A stretch of DNA of 64,000 nt from a virus (lineage: Duplodnaviria > Caudoviricetes). Below, piece by piece: positions 50,376 to 60,198 of this stretch. A program made the position numbers and the translations under genes. The stretch's first letter is position 1, and each line of letters starts with the position of its first letter. The stretch lies in IMG/VR virus record IMGVR_UViG_3300035498_000530, positions 96,001 to 160,000 of that record; one strand, given 5' to 3'. The notes beneath the pieces were generated by a model, which made no database searches, was not told where the DNA came from, and worked only from the letters and a program-made list of their open reading frames with translations.

Positions 50376-52052
50376 GTGATAATAGTGGCTAATAGACATA
50401 TGAATTTTGAACTATTGGACATAGATAAATTTGTAAAAGTTAATGAATTAAAAGAAATAACTAATCCTATATTCTTTACAAGAGACAATGCTCCAACTCC
50501 AGATGGCTTATTATCAAATGAAATATTTGGTATTACTAAAGCTGATAGGGGTTCTACATTTGCATATATAGATCTTGGTGGAACTTTTATACATCCATTA
50601 TATTATAAGATATGGGCTACTACGGATAGAAAAGTTAAAGATGTAGTTCATGGTGTAGAGGAATATGCTTTAGATAAGCAAGGTCATATAGTAGTAGATC
50701 CAAATGGAAAACATGGTATAGATTGGTTAAAGAGAAATATTAAAGATATAAATTGGTCTAAGAATGATTCTCTTAAGAGAAATAGAAATATAGATTTTCT
50801 TAGATCTCAAAAAGATAGAGCATTTATTACAAAGATACCAGTAATACCAGCATATTATAGAGATGTAAATACTGCTGGTAATGGTAGAACTGGCGTTGGC
50901 GAAATAAATCAGTTATATAATCAGATTATGATATGTGCAAAAAGTATAAGAGAATCTGAAGATTATGGTTTGACACTTTCTGATTCAACCAAAGGAAGAA
51001 TGCAAGAATTATTATTGAGTCTTTATAATTGGTTTGGTGCTGGTACAACCATAGGTGGTTCTACAACATCGGCTATTATACCATCTAAGATGGGTGTAAT
51101 TAGAAGAGCCAATTTATCAAAAACATCAGATTATGCATCTCGTCTTGTTATCTCTGCTCCGAATCTTAATGTAGAGAATTTTGAAGATCTTGAATCTACA
51201 GTAGATTATTCTGCTTTACCATTAGCATCAGCATGTACGAACTTTTTCCCATTTATCATGTTTGCTGTAAGAAGATTCTTTGAAAACGAATTTGGTGGAA
51301 GAAGTACATATGAAGTAATTAAAGATGGTAAAACTGTCACATACCGATTAGGCAACTGGCAAACTGAGTTTTCTGATGATAATATTAAGAAGAATATAGA
51401 AAGATTTATGAAAGGTTTCTCTAATAGACTTATTCCTATAAAAGTTCCAGTTATAGATACCAAAGGAAAAGAAAAATATGTAAATATGAGATTTACTGGA
51501 TATATTATAGATAGAGAAGTAGATCTTAATGAAGTTAAACCTCCTATATGTGAAAGAGATTTAACTTGGTGTGATATACTATTCCTTTGCGCAACAGAAG
51601 TTACTAGAGATAAAAAAGTTCTTATAACAAGATTCCCAGTAGACTCATATTACAACCAGTTCCCAAGTAATGTAGTAATATCATCTACTAAAGAAACAGA
51701 ACCTATGTTTTTACCAAATACAAAGTTTACTCAGAAAGTTTATAAGAGATTTCCAAAGATAAGACAAGAAGATATTGGATCAAATACAAGTAATATGTTT
51801 GTAGATACATTTCATATGAGTAATGTACATCTTGGATCTATCGGTGGTGACTATGATGGTGATCAGGTTACTATAAAAGGTGTTTATTCTGAAGAAGCTA
51901 ATGCTGAATTAGATAGGTATATGAATTCTAAATCATTCATGATCGGACTTAATGGTGAATGCGTTAGAAAAACAACCAAGGAAGGTATACAGGCATTATA
52001 TAGTATGACTATGGTATTACCTGGAAGTAACCTTACTGAAAAGGTAGTATAA
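50376..52052 (+). CDS. Phage multisubunit RNA polymerase beta'-like subunit (N-terminal + catalytic part), probably virion RNAP
   Basis: PDGLLSNEIFG, AYIDL..FIHP, IPVIPAYYRD, SK..DYASRLVIS, LITRFP and the catalytic GGDYDGDQ (DxDGD). Confidence 0.88.
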   Translation: MIIVANRHMNFELLDIDKFVKVNELKEITNPIFFTRDNAPTPDGLLSNEIFGITKADRGSTFAYIDLGGTFIHPLYYKIWATTDRKVKDVVHGVEEYALDKQGHIVVDPNGKHGIDWLKRNIKDINWSKNDSLKRNRNIDFLRSQKDRAFITKIPVIPAYYRDVNTAGNGRTGVGEINQLYNQIMICAKSIRESEDYGLTLSDSTKGRMQELLLSLYNWFGAGTTIGGSTTSAIIPSKMGVIRRANLSKTSDYASRLVISAPNLNVENFEDLESTVDYSALPLASACTNFFPFIMFAVRRFFENEFGGRSTYEVIKDGKTVTYRLGNWQTEFSDDNIKKNIERFMKGFSNRLIPIKVPVIDTKGKEKYVNMRFTGYIIDREVDLNEVKPPICERDLTWCDILFLCATEVTRDKKVLITRFPVDSYYNQFPSNVVISSTKETEPMFLPNTKFTQKVYKRFPKIRQEDIGSNTSNMFVDTFHMSNVHLGSIGGDYDGDQVTIKGVYSEEANAELDRYMNSKSFMIGLNGECVRKTTKEGIQALYSMTMVLPGSNLTEKVV

Positions 52053-52187
52053 TATAAATACATATTATAATTCTGTATACTAAAGATAAGTCTAGAATAT
52101 ACAGTTTTAGACTTAAATGGAAAGGTGGTGATATCAGTGGACAACGAAACAGTTGGCTATGATGATTAGACGATATCACAAAATAAA

Positions 52188-52216
52188 TACCAGTATGGAA
52201 TTATTCCATACTGGTA
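52188..52216. terminator. Bidirectional terminator
   Basis: taccagtatggaa-tta-ttccatactggta. Confidence 0.85.
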
Positions 52217-52223
52217 ATCCTTT

Positions 52224-52898
52224 TTATTTTCTTCTATTTTTATTTTTTCTGCTTTTATAATTCTTTGTTGAGAATGTAGTCTGAGTCTCCTCTTCTGTTT
52301 CTGTAGATTCCTCTTCTTCATTCTCTTCTGTTTCTTCTGTAGATACTTCTTCAGTTTCATCTTCTTTTTTAAGTTCTGCAATAAATGAATTATCTACAAC
52401 TTCAACAGATTTTGAAGATATATCAATCTCTACATCAGGAAGACCTTCTTCATCAACAGAAACTACAGCAACTGCTACTGTTTCAGGAGTAGGTTCTTTT
52501 ACAGTAGTATCAATATCAGCCTTAGGTTCCTCCTTTACAGTTTCTTCAGTTTCTGTAGTTACAGTAACATCATACTCTTCTGCTGGTTTAGTTTCATTTT
52601 CAATAGTAGTATTATCTACTAAACCTACAGTAACATTTGGAGCATGTTTTACTATCTTTTTAACAGGTTTTTCTACCTTTTTAGCTTCCTCTTCTTCGAT
52701 CTCTTTACAAACCTTCTTATAGTCTGTACCATTAAGCAAAACAAGAGAGCCATCTTTTTTAATAGCATAAACCTTAGCACCACAGAAGATACATCTATGT
52801 ATAGAACCAACTGATAGTTCTATCTCTTTTGTACTTCTGATAGCAAAACTAGATTCTGGGACCACAACTGGTCTTGTTGGAATTACTTTACATTTCAT
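52224..52898 (-). CDS. Acidic hypothetical protein
   Basis: ATG 52898 after AAGGAGG; small folded N-domain, Glu/Thr-rich tail and basic C-terminus. Confidence 0.65.
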   Translation of the reverse strand: MKCKVIPTRPVVVPESSFAIRSTKEIELSVGSIHRCIFCGAKVYAIKKDGSLVLLNGTDYKKVCKEIEEEEAKKVEKPVKKIVKHAPNVTVGLVDNTTIENETKPAEEYDVTVTTETEETVKEEPKADIDTTVKEPTPETVAVAVVSVDEEGLPDVEIDISSKSVEVVDNSFIAELKKEDETEEVSTEETEENEEEESTETEEETQTTFSTKNYKSRKNKNRRK

Positions 52899-52911
52899 TT
52901 TCTTATCCTCC

Positions 52912-53250
52912 TTAGAAGTCATTTAAATAATCTGTAACAGTAGATTTCTCTACAAATGGATTTTCTAAGTCATCTTCCTTAGAATAATCATTTTCGAGTT
53001 CATCATCTTCAACTAATTCAGCTTCATATTCATCTCTAAGCTCATTAGTTACTTGATCAATATCAGCCTGAGTTATCATTTCATCAAGCTCATCATCTAT
53101 AAATGTGTCTGCTGAATTCATTTCTCTTTCAATTTCAGCATAATTATCAGTCAACTCGTCTTCAGTATCTATAATTTCATCTACCTCGTTTTCAAGGATA
53201 CTTGATTCGAGAAGAGCCCTATCTTCAAGATCTGAAAATAATGAAAGCAT
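52912..53250 (-). CDS. Highly acidic small protein
   Basis: AAGGAGG RBS; very Asp/Glu-rich; late promoter at 53306-53295. Confidence 0.65.
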   Translation of the reverse strand: MLSLFSDLEDRALLESSILENEVDEIIDTEDELTDNYAEIEREMNSADTFIDDELDEMITQADIDQVTNELRDEYEAELVEDDELENDYSKEDDLENPFVEKSTVTDYLNDF

Positions 53251-53293
53251 ATTTTACCCTCCTTAATTTAGCCTTTTTAGGCCTTCTATAGAT

Positions 53294-54517
53294 TTAATTA
53301 TATGTTACATTTGTCGCTTTTAACAGATTTTTGATATAGTATTCTATAATATATATCGTTATTGGGATACCATAGAATAATTCTTTGTTTTCGCAATAAT
53401 GTAATTTATCTATGATATCTATTATAGATGTTATATTTATCTCCTGTTTCAGAATATATTCTATCATTATATTATATATAGCATATGGATCACTTATATT
53501 ATATAATGAACTACTTTCTGTTTTGATTCTTTTTACTACATCAGCTGGTATAACCTCTATAGGAGCACCGAAAGTAAATCCTTTAGTAAAGGTTGTAGTA
53601 TAGTATGTATCAAATCTAGCTGTAAGAATACTATTAGGATCGCATTCAGGAACTATATTTACTGTATAATTTGCCAAGTTATCAGTTTCTTGTAATTCTA
53701 TAGATCTGAATACGCTTCTATCATAATCCATAGAGAATGTCTTAGGAATATTAGTCTGATGGCATACATAAATATATTTATTACCACCTGATAACAGTTT
53801 ATTCCTAATGAGGAACTCTATCAAGTAAGGATCATAGACTTTTTTATTCTGATAGAAGTATATAAAGCTTTGTACCTTACTATCAAAGAATAATTCTTCA
53901 TAATACTTCTTAAGAGATACTAAGATATTATCAAGTGATTCTATTAAGTCATAATCTGTACTTCTGATAATAGGATTCATTTCTGTTCCTGTATTATCTA
54001 TAATCATTTTATAACTATCAAGAATCTGAGATTCTATTTCTGTTTCACTATATCTATTAAGACTATACTTTACTACATATGAATTAGCACCATCATCCAA
54101 TGTATCTATATCAACACCATCTACTCTAAACAGATATGGATAATTGGTATGATTTATTTTAAAGTAATCTCCTGGATTTGGAGTTATAGTATTTGGTAAT
54201 ACTACAGCTTCTCCACTAGCACCAGAAGCTTCAATACCAAAATCAGTATCATCAAGATTGAGCTTTACAGATTCTATTCCATACAAGAACATATTCTCAA
54301 TCTTATTAAATTTTATACTACTATCTGCACCTATATTAGAATATGTAGTACCAAGTCCTTCATCCACAGAGGTACTCTTAGTATCTATACTATAATAGGT
54401 TACTACAGTAGCATTTTTATTATTATACTTATAATACGGGTTTTTTAATTTATCTTTCGTTGATTCTACCAAAGAATCAATTGTCATTTTTCTTTCTGTA
54501 TTGATAAACTTTCCCAT
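53294..54517 (-). CDS. Virion structural protein (possible neck/head-closure)
   Basis: Late promoter at 54552-54541; VTYY..D..G.DS.IKFNKI..LYG and LPNTITPNPGDYF beta-domain motifs. Confidence 0.45.
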   Translation of the reverse strand: MGKFINTERKMTIDSLVESTKDKLKNPYYKYNNKNATVVTYYSIDTKSTSVDEGLGTTYSNIGADSSIKFNKIENMFLYGIESVKLNLDDTDFGIEASGASGEAVVLPNTITPNPGDYFKINHTNYPYLFRVDGVDIDTLDDGANSYVVKYSLNRYSETEIESQILDSYKMIIDNTGTEMNPIIRSTDYDLIESLDNILVSLKKYYEELFFDSKVQSFIYFYQNKKVYDPYLIEFLIRNKLLSGGNKYIYVCHQTNIPKTFSMDYDRSVFRSIELQETDNLANYTVNIVPECDPNSILTARFDTYYTTTFTKGFTFGAPIEVIPADVVKRIKTESSSLYNISDPYAIYNIMIEYILKQEINITSIIDIIDKLHYCENKELFYGIPITIYIIEYYIKNLLKATNVTYN

Positions 54518-54567
54518 TATAAATTCACCTCCATTATATTTAATATAATGTTTTTAGAGAAAAAATA

Positions 54568-54589
54568 AAGGGGTTTGTGAAAACCCCTT
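54568..54589 (-). terminator. Intrinsic terminator after primase
   Basis: aaggggttt/aaacccctt stem with a minus-strand U-tract. Confidence 0.75.
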
Positions 54590-55640
54590 ATATTCTTATG
54601 ATAGTATCTTTTATTCTATTCGCAGGAACACCATAATCTTTTTCATATACTATATCGCCATATCTAGATTCTGATACAATATATCTGTTTCTGTGAATAA
54701 ATATCGGTATTTGAAATGGCTCCAAATACCTTTTTAATTGCACCATAGTTTCATCTTTGATATCTGAATCTATATAAATATTTATAGATACATTTATAAG
54801 ACCAAGATTCTCAAACAAAAACTTTATGCAATTCAAATAACTCTTTCCACCTATAGAACAATAAATATTATTATCATCATTCCTTACAAGATTGTAATAT
54901 ATACTCAATATATCAAACGGTCCTTCTGCTATATGAATAGTTACTGGACGTAACAAATCCACATTCGTAGGTAATATATAATACCTCTTACTATTATCAA
55001 TCTTATTGAAGATATTATAGTTTATATATCTTTTACCAAGAAATCCATCGTTATTTGGATTAAGATTTCTCATATTAAGAAATCCATTATCATAACTTAG
55101 AAAACCGATAAAAGAGTCGTCCAGAGTTTTCATAACATCTGGACTTCTGGTGAAATTAGTTATATTGTTTTCCATGATTATATCTGATAAATTTAATACT
55201 ATCTTTTTTGAAACTATATCCTCAAGAGTCAGATTCAGGCCAAGTCTGTCATTAATATATTTCAATTTCGAAAAAGTTAACTGATCTTGAGTAATTCTAC
55301 TGTGCTTTATATTATAAATGCCAGTAAACATATTTATTTTGTTTCCTAGCTTTGAATTAAAGTTCTTTATATAAGTATTTAAAGACAATCCAAAGTTAGA
55401 ATCATATATATCAAACCATCTAAGTTTTTCAAATGTAAATACTCCGCCTTCATCACATTTCTTGCAATGATACATTGGTGGAATATTTTCATCTCCTAAA
55501 CCTATATAGAAATGAGCATTCCTAGGATTTCTAGAATCTCCGCATCTGGGGCATCGAGTTAATACCTCTTTGCCACCAGACACGAGTCTAGCACCTGGAA
55601 TATTATTTATCAGATAAATTCCAAGCTCATTAGCATTCAC
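54588..55640 (-). CDS. dnaG: DNA primase (zinc ribbon + TOPRIM)
   Basis: RCPRCGDS..HFY..YHCKKC, IAEGPFD, YIDSD and KDYG motifs. Likely GTG start at 55640 after GAGGTG. Confidence 0.85.
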   Translation of the reverse strand: MNANELGIYLINNIPGARLVSGGKEVLTRCPRCGDSRNPRNAHFYIGLGDENIPPMYHCKKCDEGGVFTFEKLRWFDIYDSNFGLSLNTYIKNFNSKLGNKINMFTGIYNIKHSRITQDQLTFSKLKYINDRLGLNLTLEDIVSKKIVLNLSDIIMENNITNFTRSPDVMKTLDDSFIGFLSYDNGFLNMRNLNPNNDGFLGKRYINYNIFNKIDNSKRYYILPTNVDLLRPVTIHIAEGPFDILSIYYNLVRNDDNNIYCSIGGKSYLNCIKFLFENLGLINVSINIYIDSDIKDETMVQLKRYLEPFQIPIFIHRNRYIVSESRYGDIVYEKDYGVPANRIKDTIIRI

Positions 55641-55890
55641 CAACAAACACCTCTTTAAGTTCGTTAAGAATGACACCAATACAGCAGCATATGCTAATGA
55701 AAAGACCTAAAGTATTAAAGTCTATCAAAAGTAATGCAAATATGTGGAATAGATTTACAACATGACTAAGATCACGATGTAATATCATGTAAATAAATCC
55801 AGCATGCCATAAAAATGGCACCATCTTAACTATTACTGCGCATAATATTGCATATTTAATAATGCTAATTACATGCTTTTGCGTGGACAT
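55630..55890 (-). CDS. Small membrane protein (2 hydrophobic segments)
   Basis: AAGGAGGAGG RBS; two hydrophobic stretches. Confidence 0.55.
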   Translation of the reverse strand: MSTQKHVISIIKYAILCAVIVKMVPFLWHAGFIYMILHRDLSHVVNLFHIFALLLIDFNTLGLFISICCCIGVILNELKEVFVGEC

Positions 55891-55916
55891 ATAAATCCTC
55901 CTCCTTCGCTTTTGTT

Positions 55917-57596
55917 TTATATATTATCTATCATGTCTATAACCATTAAGAATTCTTCTATTACTTTATCTGATGGGATTGTAATTTCTGCTCCATTACA
56001 ATCTCTATTTTTAAAGTCAATAGCCCTAAAGTCAGAACTGATAATGGTTGCAATAGATGACTCTATTACATTGATAGCTTTTGTCGCATTCTTATATTTA
56101 TCTTTTATAAGATTATAGTAATTTGACTTCTCTAACTTAGATAATTCTTTCTTATTAACAGTATTCTTATCAACAAGCTTTTCAATCCTTGAACTAATTA
56201 TAGCTGCCATATAAGGTAGCTCATTATCCAAAAGAATATTTCTCATAGTTATCATCATTATCACATAATCTTTTATATTAATAAGTTTTGTTGCAGTGAT
56301 ATCCCCAAAATACTTCGCAAAGAATTGGAATATCAAATTCATCTGGAATGAATTAATTATCTGATGATCATTAGCAGATAATTCACGAATATAAAAATCT
56401 ATCTCTTCATTACTAGGAGTACCATATTTATACATTATTGTATCCATGGCTCCTTCACAACATAATTTCGTCTGTACATATATTGCCTCATCTTGTCTGA
56501 TATGATGAGATTCAAATTTATCAAACTCGCTATTCTCATCTTCATCTCTAATAGATGATGAAAATGGAATATATTCATATTCGTATTTAATACGAGTTAC
56601 TTGATAACCAATATTTTCCTGTATAGCTTTATAGTTATAAGGTATAATATTCTGGTTAAAAGTATACTTCGGTACAATTTGTAATAAAATACTTTCTACA
56701 GATGTAAGACTATGGATAGTTACATTAGTTCCTCTAATGTCCTGCATATCCCATAATGCCTTATGAACTATAGAACTTTGTTTAGTATTAGTATGAGCTG
56801 TCTCATACAATTTATTATACATATCTGCCTCTCTTAAAAACTTATTAAGAATGATATCATATATCTTTAATAACAAATCTTTTATATTAGCAGATTTATT
56901 TACACTGCAATAATGAGTTGCTAATGGTATTATCATATTCATAAAAATAGATAATCTCAAAAGCATCTTCGCATGGATATTATCATATTTCAGAACTGGA
57001 TTTCTGGAATTTTCATAATTCAAATCAAGACTATAATTGTCCTCTGTCATAGAATTGATTTTCATAGTCATTATAGGATCATAAATAATCTCCTTTTTCA
57101 AGTCATATAAAAATGCCTCTTCATCATATATATGATTTTCAAATCCTATATCCATCATAAACTTAAAGTATGCATATACCATAATCAATGTTTTATCATT
57201 GTCATAGTACTTTTCAAAATAGTTCATATAATGAGCTATATGCATTCTTATGGTATCACTATTGTAACACCTTTTTGGCTTTGTAGCCATTTTAAAATAG
57301 TCAAAACTATTGACTTTATCGTTATCTTCTGATTTCAATAAATCAGAATTAGTAGAATTATTTTCTGTCTTTGGATTTGACAAAATAGCACCAACCGGTA
57401 CTATTATATAATCTTTCATTTGTTGAAATATATGGTCCATTGGTCCTGGAATCCAATAATCAACACATACAAACCTTTCTACAATTATTTCTTCCACTGG
57501 ATGAGCTTCTATAATCTTTCTAGCGATAGCCTCGTACTCCTCATCGCTTAATCCAGTAGGTATGTCTCTGATCGGATTTATTCTTTTATTAAACAT
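55917..57596 (-). CDS. Candidate non-virion RNAP promoter-specificity subunit (AR9 gp226 / phiKZ gp68-like)
   Basis: Helical 559-aa ORF two genes from the chaperonin, as recalled for AR9 g226 and g228, with an early-type motif directly upstream. The ORF is certain; the function is inferred from synteny only. Confidence 0.5.
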   Translation of the reverse strand: MFNKRINPIRDIPTGLSDEEYEAIARKIIEAHPVEEIIVERFVCVDYWIPGPMDHIFQQMKDYIIVPVGAILSNPKTENNSTNSDLLKSEDNDKVNSFDYFKMATKPKRCYNSDTIRMHIAHYMNYFEKYYDNDKTLIMVYAYFKFMMDIGFENHIYDEEAFLYDLKKEIIYDPIMTMKINSMTEDNYSLDLNYENSRNPVLKYDNIHAKMLLRLSIFMNMIIPLATHYCSVNKSANIKDLLLKIYDIILNKFLREADMYNKLYETAHTNTKQSSIVHKALWDMQDIRGTNVTIHSLTSVESILLQIVPKYTFNQNIIPYNYKAIQENIGYQVTRIKYEYEYIPFSSSIRDEDENSEFDKFESHHIRQDEAIYVQTKLCCEGAMDTIMYKYGTPSNEEIDFYIRELSANDHQIINSFQMNLIFQFFAKYFGDITATKLINIKDYVIMMITMRNILLDNELPYMAAIISSRIEKLVDKNTVNKKELSKLEKSNYYNLIKDKYKNATKAINVIESSIATIISSDFRAIDFKNRDCNGAEITIPSDKVIEEFLMVIDMIDNI

Positions 57597-57629
57597 AGTA
57601 GATTATCGCTCCCTTCATTTGTTACCAAT

Positions 57630-57641
57630 ATATAATATGTA
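57630..57641 (-). promoter_or_regulatory. Early-type phage promoter TACATATTATAT
   Basis: Same motif at 28391, 28819, 52059 (+) and 43131, 61902 (-). Confidence 0.6.
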
Positions 57642-57643
57642 AT

Positions 57644-58405
57644 CTAATATGATTTTTTGCTTTTCTTAGTATAACCGACTTTATTAGTCATTTTTGTTTT
57701 AGATATTGAGCTTGTCCTTTTACTCATACCTTTTCCAGATACTCTCTTTTCTTCAGAAGCTCTTTGTTTAGCAAGTTTAGCTTCTTTTTTATCTTTTCTT
57801 GCTTTTGCTCTTATCTCATTAGATTCTTTCATTTTATCATCCGAATGCATTACATTAGACTTTAATGCCTGCATATTAAATTTGATTCCAGCATCATACA
57901 AAGATTTATTAAAAAGACTGTGATCTTTTATGTACAAAAATGCAAAGTATATACTTTTAACATATCCTATATTAGATGAAGGGTTTCTTATTTCTGCAGA
58001 TTTTCTCATAGCTAATCTACTCATTTTATCTGATAAGTTAGTTATAAATAAGTCTTGTGACTTAAAAGCATTTGCATAAGTAAACACAAATGCAGGATCA
58101 TTTGAATAAAATCTTACAAAGTAGTTTCTAAGATGAGACTCAGATTTAACTTCATTACTTCCTGGGTAAAATTGAATTACTACATCATAGTAAATTTTTT
58201 CTGTAGACTCTGATGGTATTCTTATGTGTATATAATATTCTCCTTTTACAGTTGGAGTAAATAAATAACACTGAAACTTGCCCTGTTCTTTAAGCATAAC
58301 TTGTCCATATTTCTGCTCATAAGACTTCTGTATTAATTCTTTTTGGCTCATTACAGATCCTTTTCCCATTGGATTATCGATATATCCATTAAGAGTTTGT
58401 TTCAT
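57644..58405 (-). CDS. Hypothetical protein with basic C-terminus
   Basis: 253 aa with AAGGGAG RBS and a Lys-rich tail. Confidence 0.65.
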   Translation of the reverse strand: MKQTLNGYIDNPMGKGSVMSQKELIQKSYEQKYGQVMLKEQGKFQCYLFTPTVKGEYYIHIRIPSESTEKIYYDVVIQFYPGSNEVKSESHLRNYFVRFYSNDPAFVFTYANAFKSQDLFITNLSDKMSRLAMRKSAEIRNPSSNIGYVKSIYFAFLYIKDHSLFNKSLYDAGIKFNMQALKSNVMHSDDKMKESNEIRAKARKDKKEAKLAKQRASEEKRVSGKGMSKRTSSISKTKMTNKVGYTKKSKKSY

Positions 58406-58423
58406 ACTAAAATCTCCCTTTTT

Positions 58424-58452
58424 ATGCTGATGGGGACTTGCCCCATCAGCAT
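58424..58452 (-). terminator. Hairpin after chaperonin gene
   Basis: atgctgatgggg-acttg-ccccatcagcat; lacks a clear minus-strand U-tract. Confidence 0.55.
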
Positions 58453-58467
58453 CATTTTATGTATTGC

Positions 58468-60183
58468 TTATTTATCTAATCCATATACATTATGCAACGG
58501 TGTCTCAAGAATAAACTGATTAGCCGTAAACATTACTGTTACAATTTCTCCAATAGCTCCAAGTATTGTAGCATCTGACTCGATAGATGACAATACTTTT
58601 TGGTCATATTCTTTTGTAATCATATTATATGGAGTTGGTGATTCCAAAAGAGTTTCAAATTCTTTGTCATTAAGTTTCTCTTTACTATAAAGAACCTTGA
58701 TAAGTTCTTCATATGAATTGAGAATAATAGAAGCAATTTCAACATCAAGAATACACTTTTCAGTATTAAGATCTGTTGTATACTTTCTATTGATATCTCT
58801 GAAACATCTATAACCTTCGAAGTTTGCACCATAGCCTACACCATTAGCTGCTGCAGACCTACAGTTAAGTACAGCATCTTCTACTGCTGCTCTAAGACTA
58901 TCTCTATCGCTAGTAGCAATACCACCGATAAGATACTCTACCATATTTGCCTTAAGAGAATTAATTCTTCTCTTAAGATTACCAGTTACATTAGCATCCT
59001 GACCATCTCTCTTAGCCTTTTCCAATTCAGCCTCAAGGAATGTAATAATGGACTTAAATGTATCTGACTTTGAACCATCTTCATTATACATGAATTTAGG
59101 GTTAATAATCTTTGTAGTATATGCATCTGATACTACTTCATCAGCAGTACCGTAGAAGTCTACTACATTACTCAAGTCAGGAGCAAGACCTTTCTGAATG
59201 TCCATTTCCTGAATTTTTGGATCAAGATATTTCTTGATTACTTTACCACCACAAAGCTGTGCGATATCAGATAACTGATCACCATCATAGATATTGCTTA
59301 TAATCAATATAGGTGGCTTATTAGCAGGATCAATTTTATAAATCCAAATAGCAAGATCTTTCATGATATTACTCATATCTGGAGAGATCTTTGGAGCCAT
59401 AATAACTGTAGGAACTACTGTTTCATAAGTACCATCATTATATGGCTTAATGATATTATTACCAATAATAGTATCGAACAATGCTGCCATATTAGGAGTA
59501 TCAATAGGATCCTCAAAGATATATATTCTTGGAGCTCTTATTGTAGCTGTACCCTCTTTGATATCATTAATACACCATGTATCTACATAGCCAGTTTCAA
59601 TAGTCATACCATCATAAATTTTGAGCTGGCTTGTTTCTGAAGTTGAAACTGATACATCAATAAATACATCCAAACCGAATTCATTGTAGATATCTGATAT
59701 TTCTTTAGCTACTTCTACATTATTATTTGTAGCAATAAGAGCTATATTATAGATATCTTCCATTGTAGCTTGTCTTCCATCACTTCTGATGAGTTCCTGA
59801 GCTTCTTCAATTACTTTCTTAAATGAAGAAATAATCTCAGATGATGTATAATTCTTAGAATCCAATTCTGTAAGATTCTTAAATATATTAGCTGAAAGAA
59901 TAACAGCTGATGTTGTACCATCACCAACCGTCTTTACGATATGTCTTGTGATGTTTTCAATATCATCTTTGATAGCTCTTTCAAGCTGATTCTGAAAATA
60001 AATATGAGATAAAATAGTATGACCATCCTTAGTATAGATGGTTTCCATCTTGTCTTTTGTAATTCCAGTAAATGAACCATATGGTCCAAATGAAGAAGCC
60101 AGTACCTCACTAAGTTTATCTAATGTAGCTTCCTGAACTGGTCTTAAGTTGTTTTTTGTTACCACGTTTGTTACCAATGCCAT
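58468..60183 (-). CDS. groEL: Phage GroEL-like chaperonin
   Basis: SFGPYG, TKDGHTIL, VGDGTTSA, EDAV..CRSA..GVG.G motifs. Confidence 0.9.
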   Translation of the reverse strand: MALVTNVVTKNNLRPVQEATLDKLSEVLASSFGPYGSFTGITKDKMETIYTKDGHTILSHIYFQNQLERAIKDDIENITRHIVKTVGDGTTSAVILSANIFKNLTELDSKNYTSSEIISSFKKVIEEAQELIRSDGRQATMEDIYNIALIATNNNVEVAKEISDIYNEFGLDVFIDVSVSTSETSQLKIYDGMTIETGYVDTWCINDIKEGTATIRAPRIYIFEDPIDTPNMAALFDTIIGNNIIKPYNDGTYETVVPTVIMAPKISPDMSNIMKDLAIWIYKIDPANKPPILIISNIYDGDQLSDIAQLCGGKVIKKYLDPKIQEMDIQKGLAPDLSNVVDFYGTADEVVSDAYTTKIINPKFMYNEDGSKSDTFKSIITFLEAELEKAKRDGQDANVTGNLKRRINSLKANMVEYLIGGIATSDRDSLRAAVEDAVLNCRSAAANGVGYGANFEGYRCFRDINRKYTTDLNTEKCILDVEIASIILNSYEELIKVLYSKEKLNDKEFETLLESPTPYNMITKEYDQKVLSSIESDATILGAIGEIVTVMFTANQFILETPLHNVYGLDK

Positions 60184-60198
60184 TGTAAATTCCTCCTT

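Noticed and set aside
55630-55890. Small membrane protein as a holin
   Set aside because: It lies in an early replication operon with no adjacent endolysin; hydrophobicity alone is insufficient.
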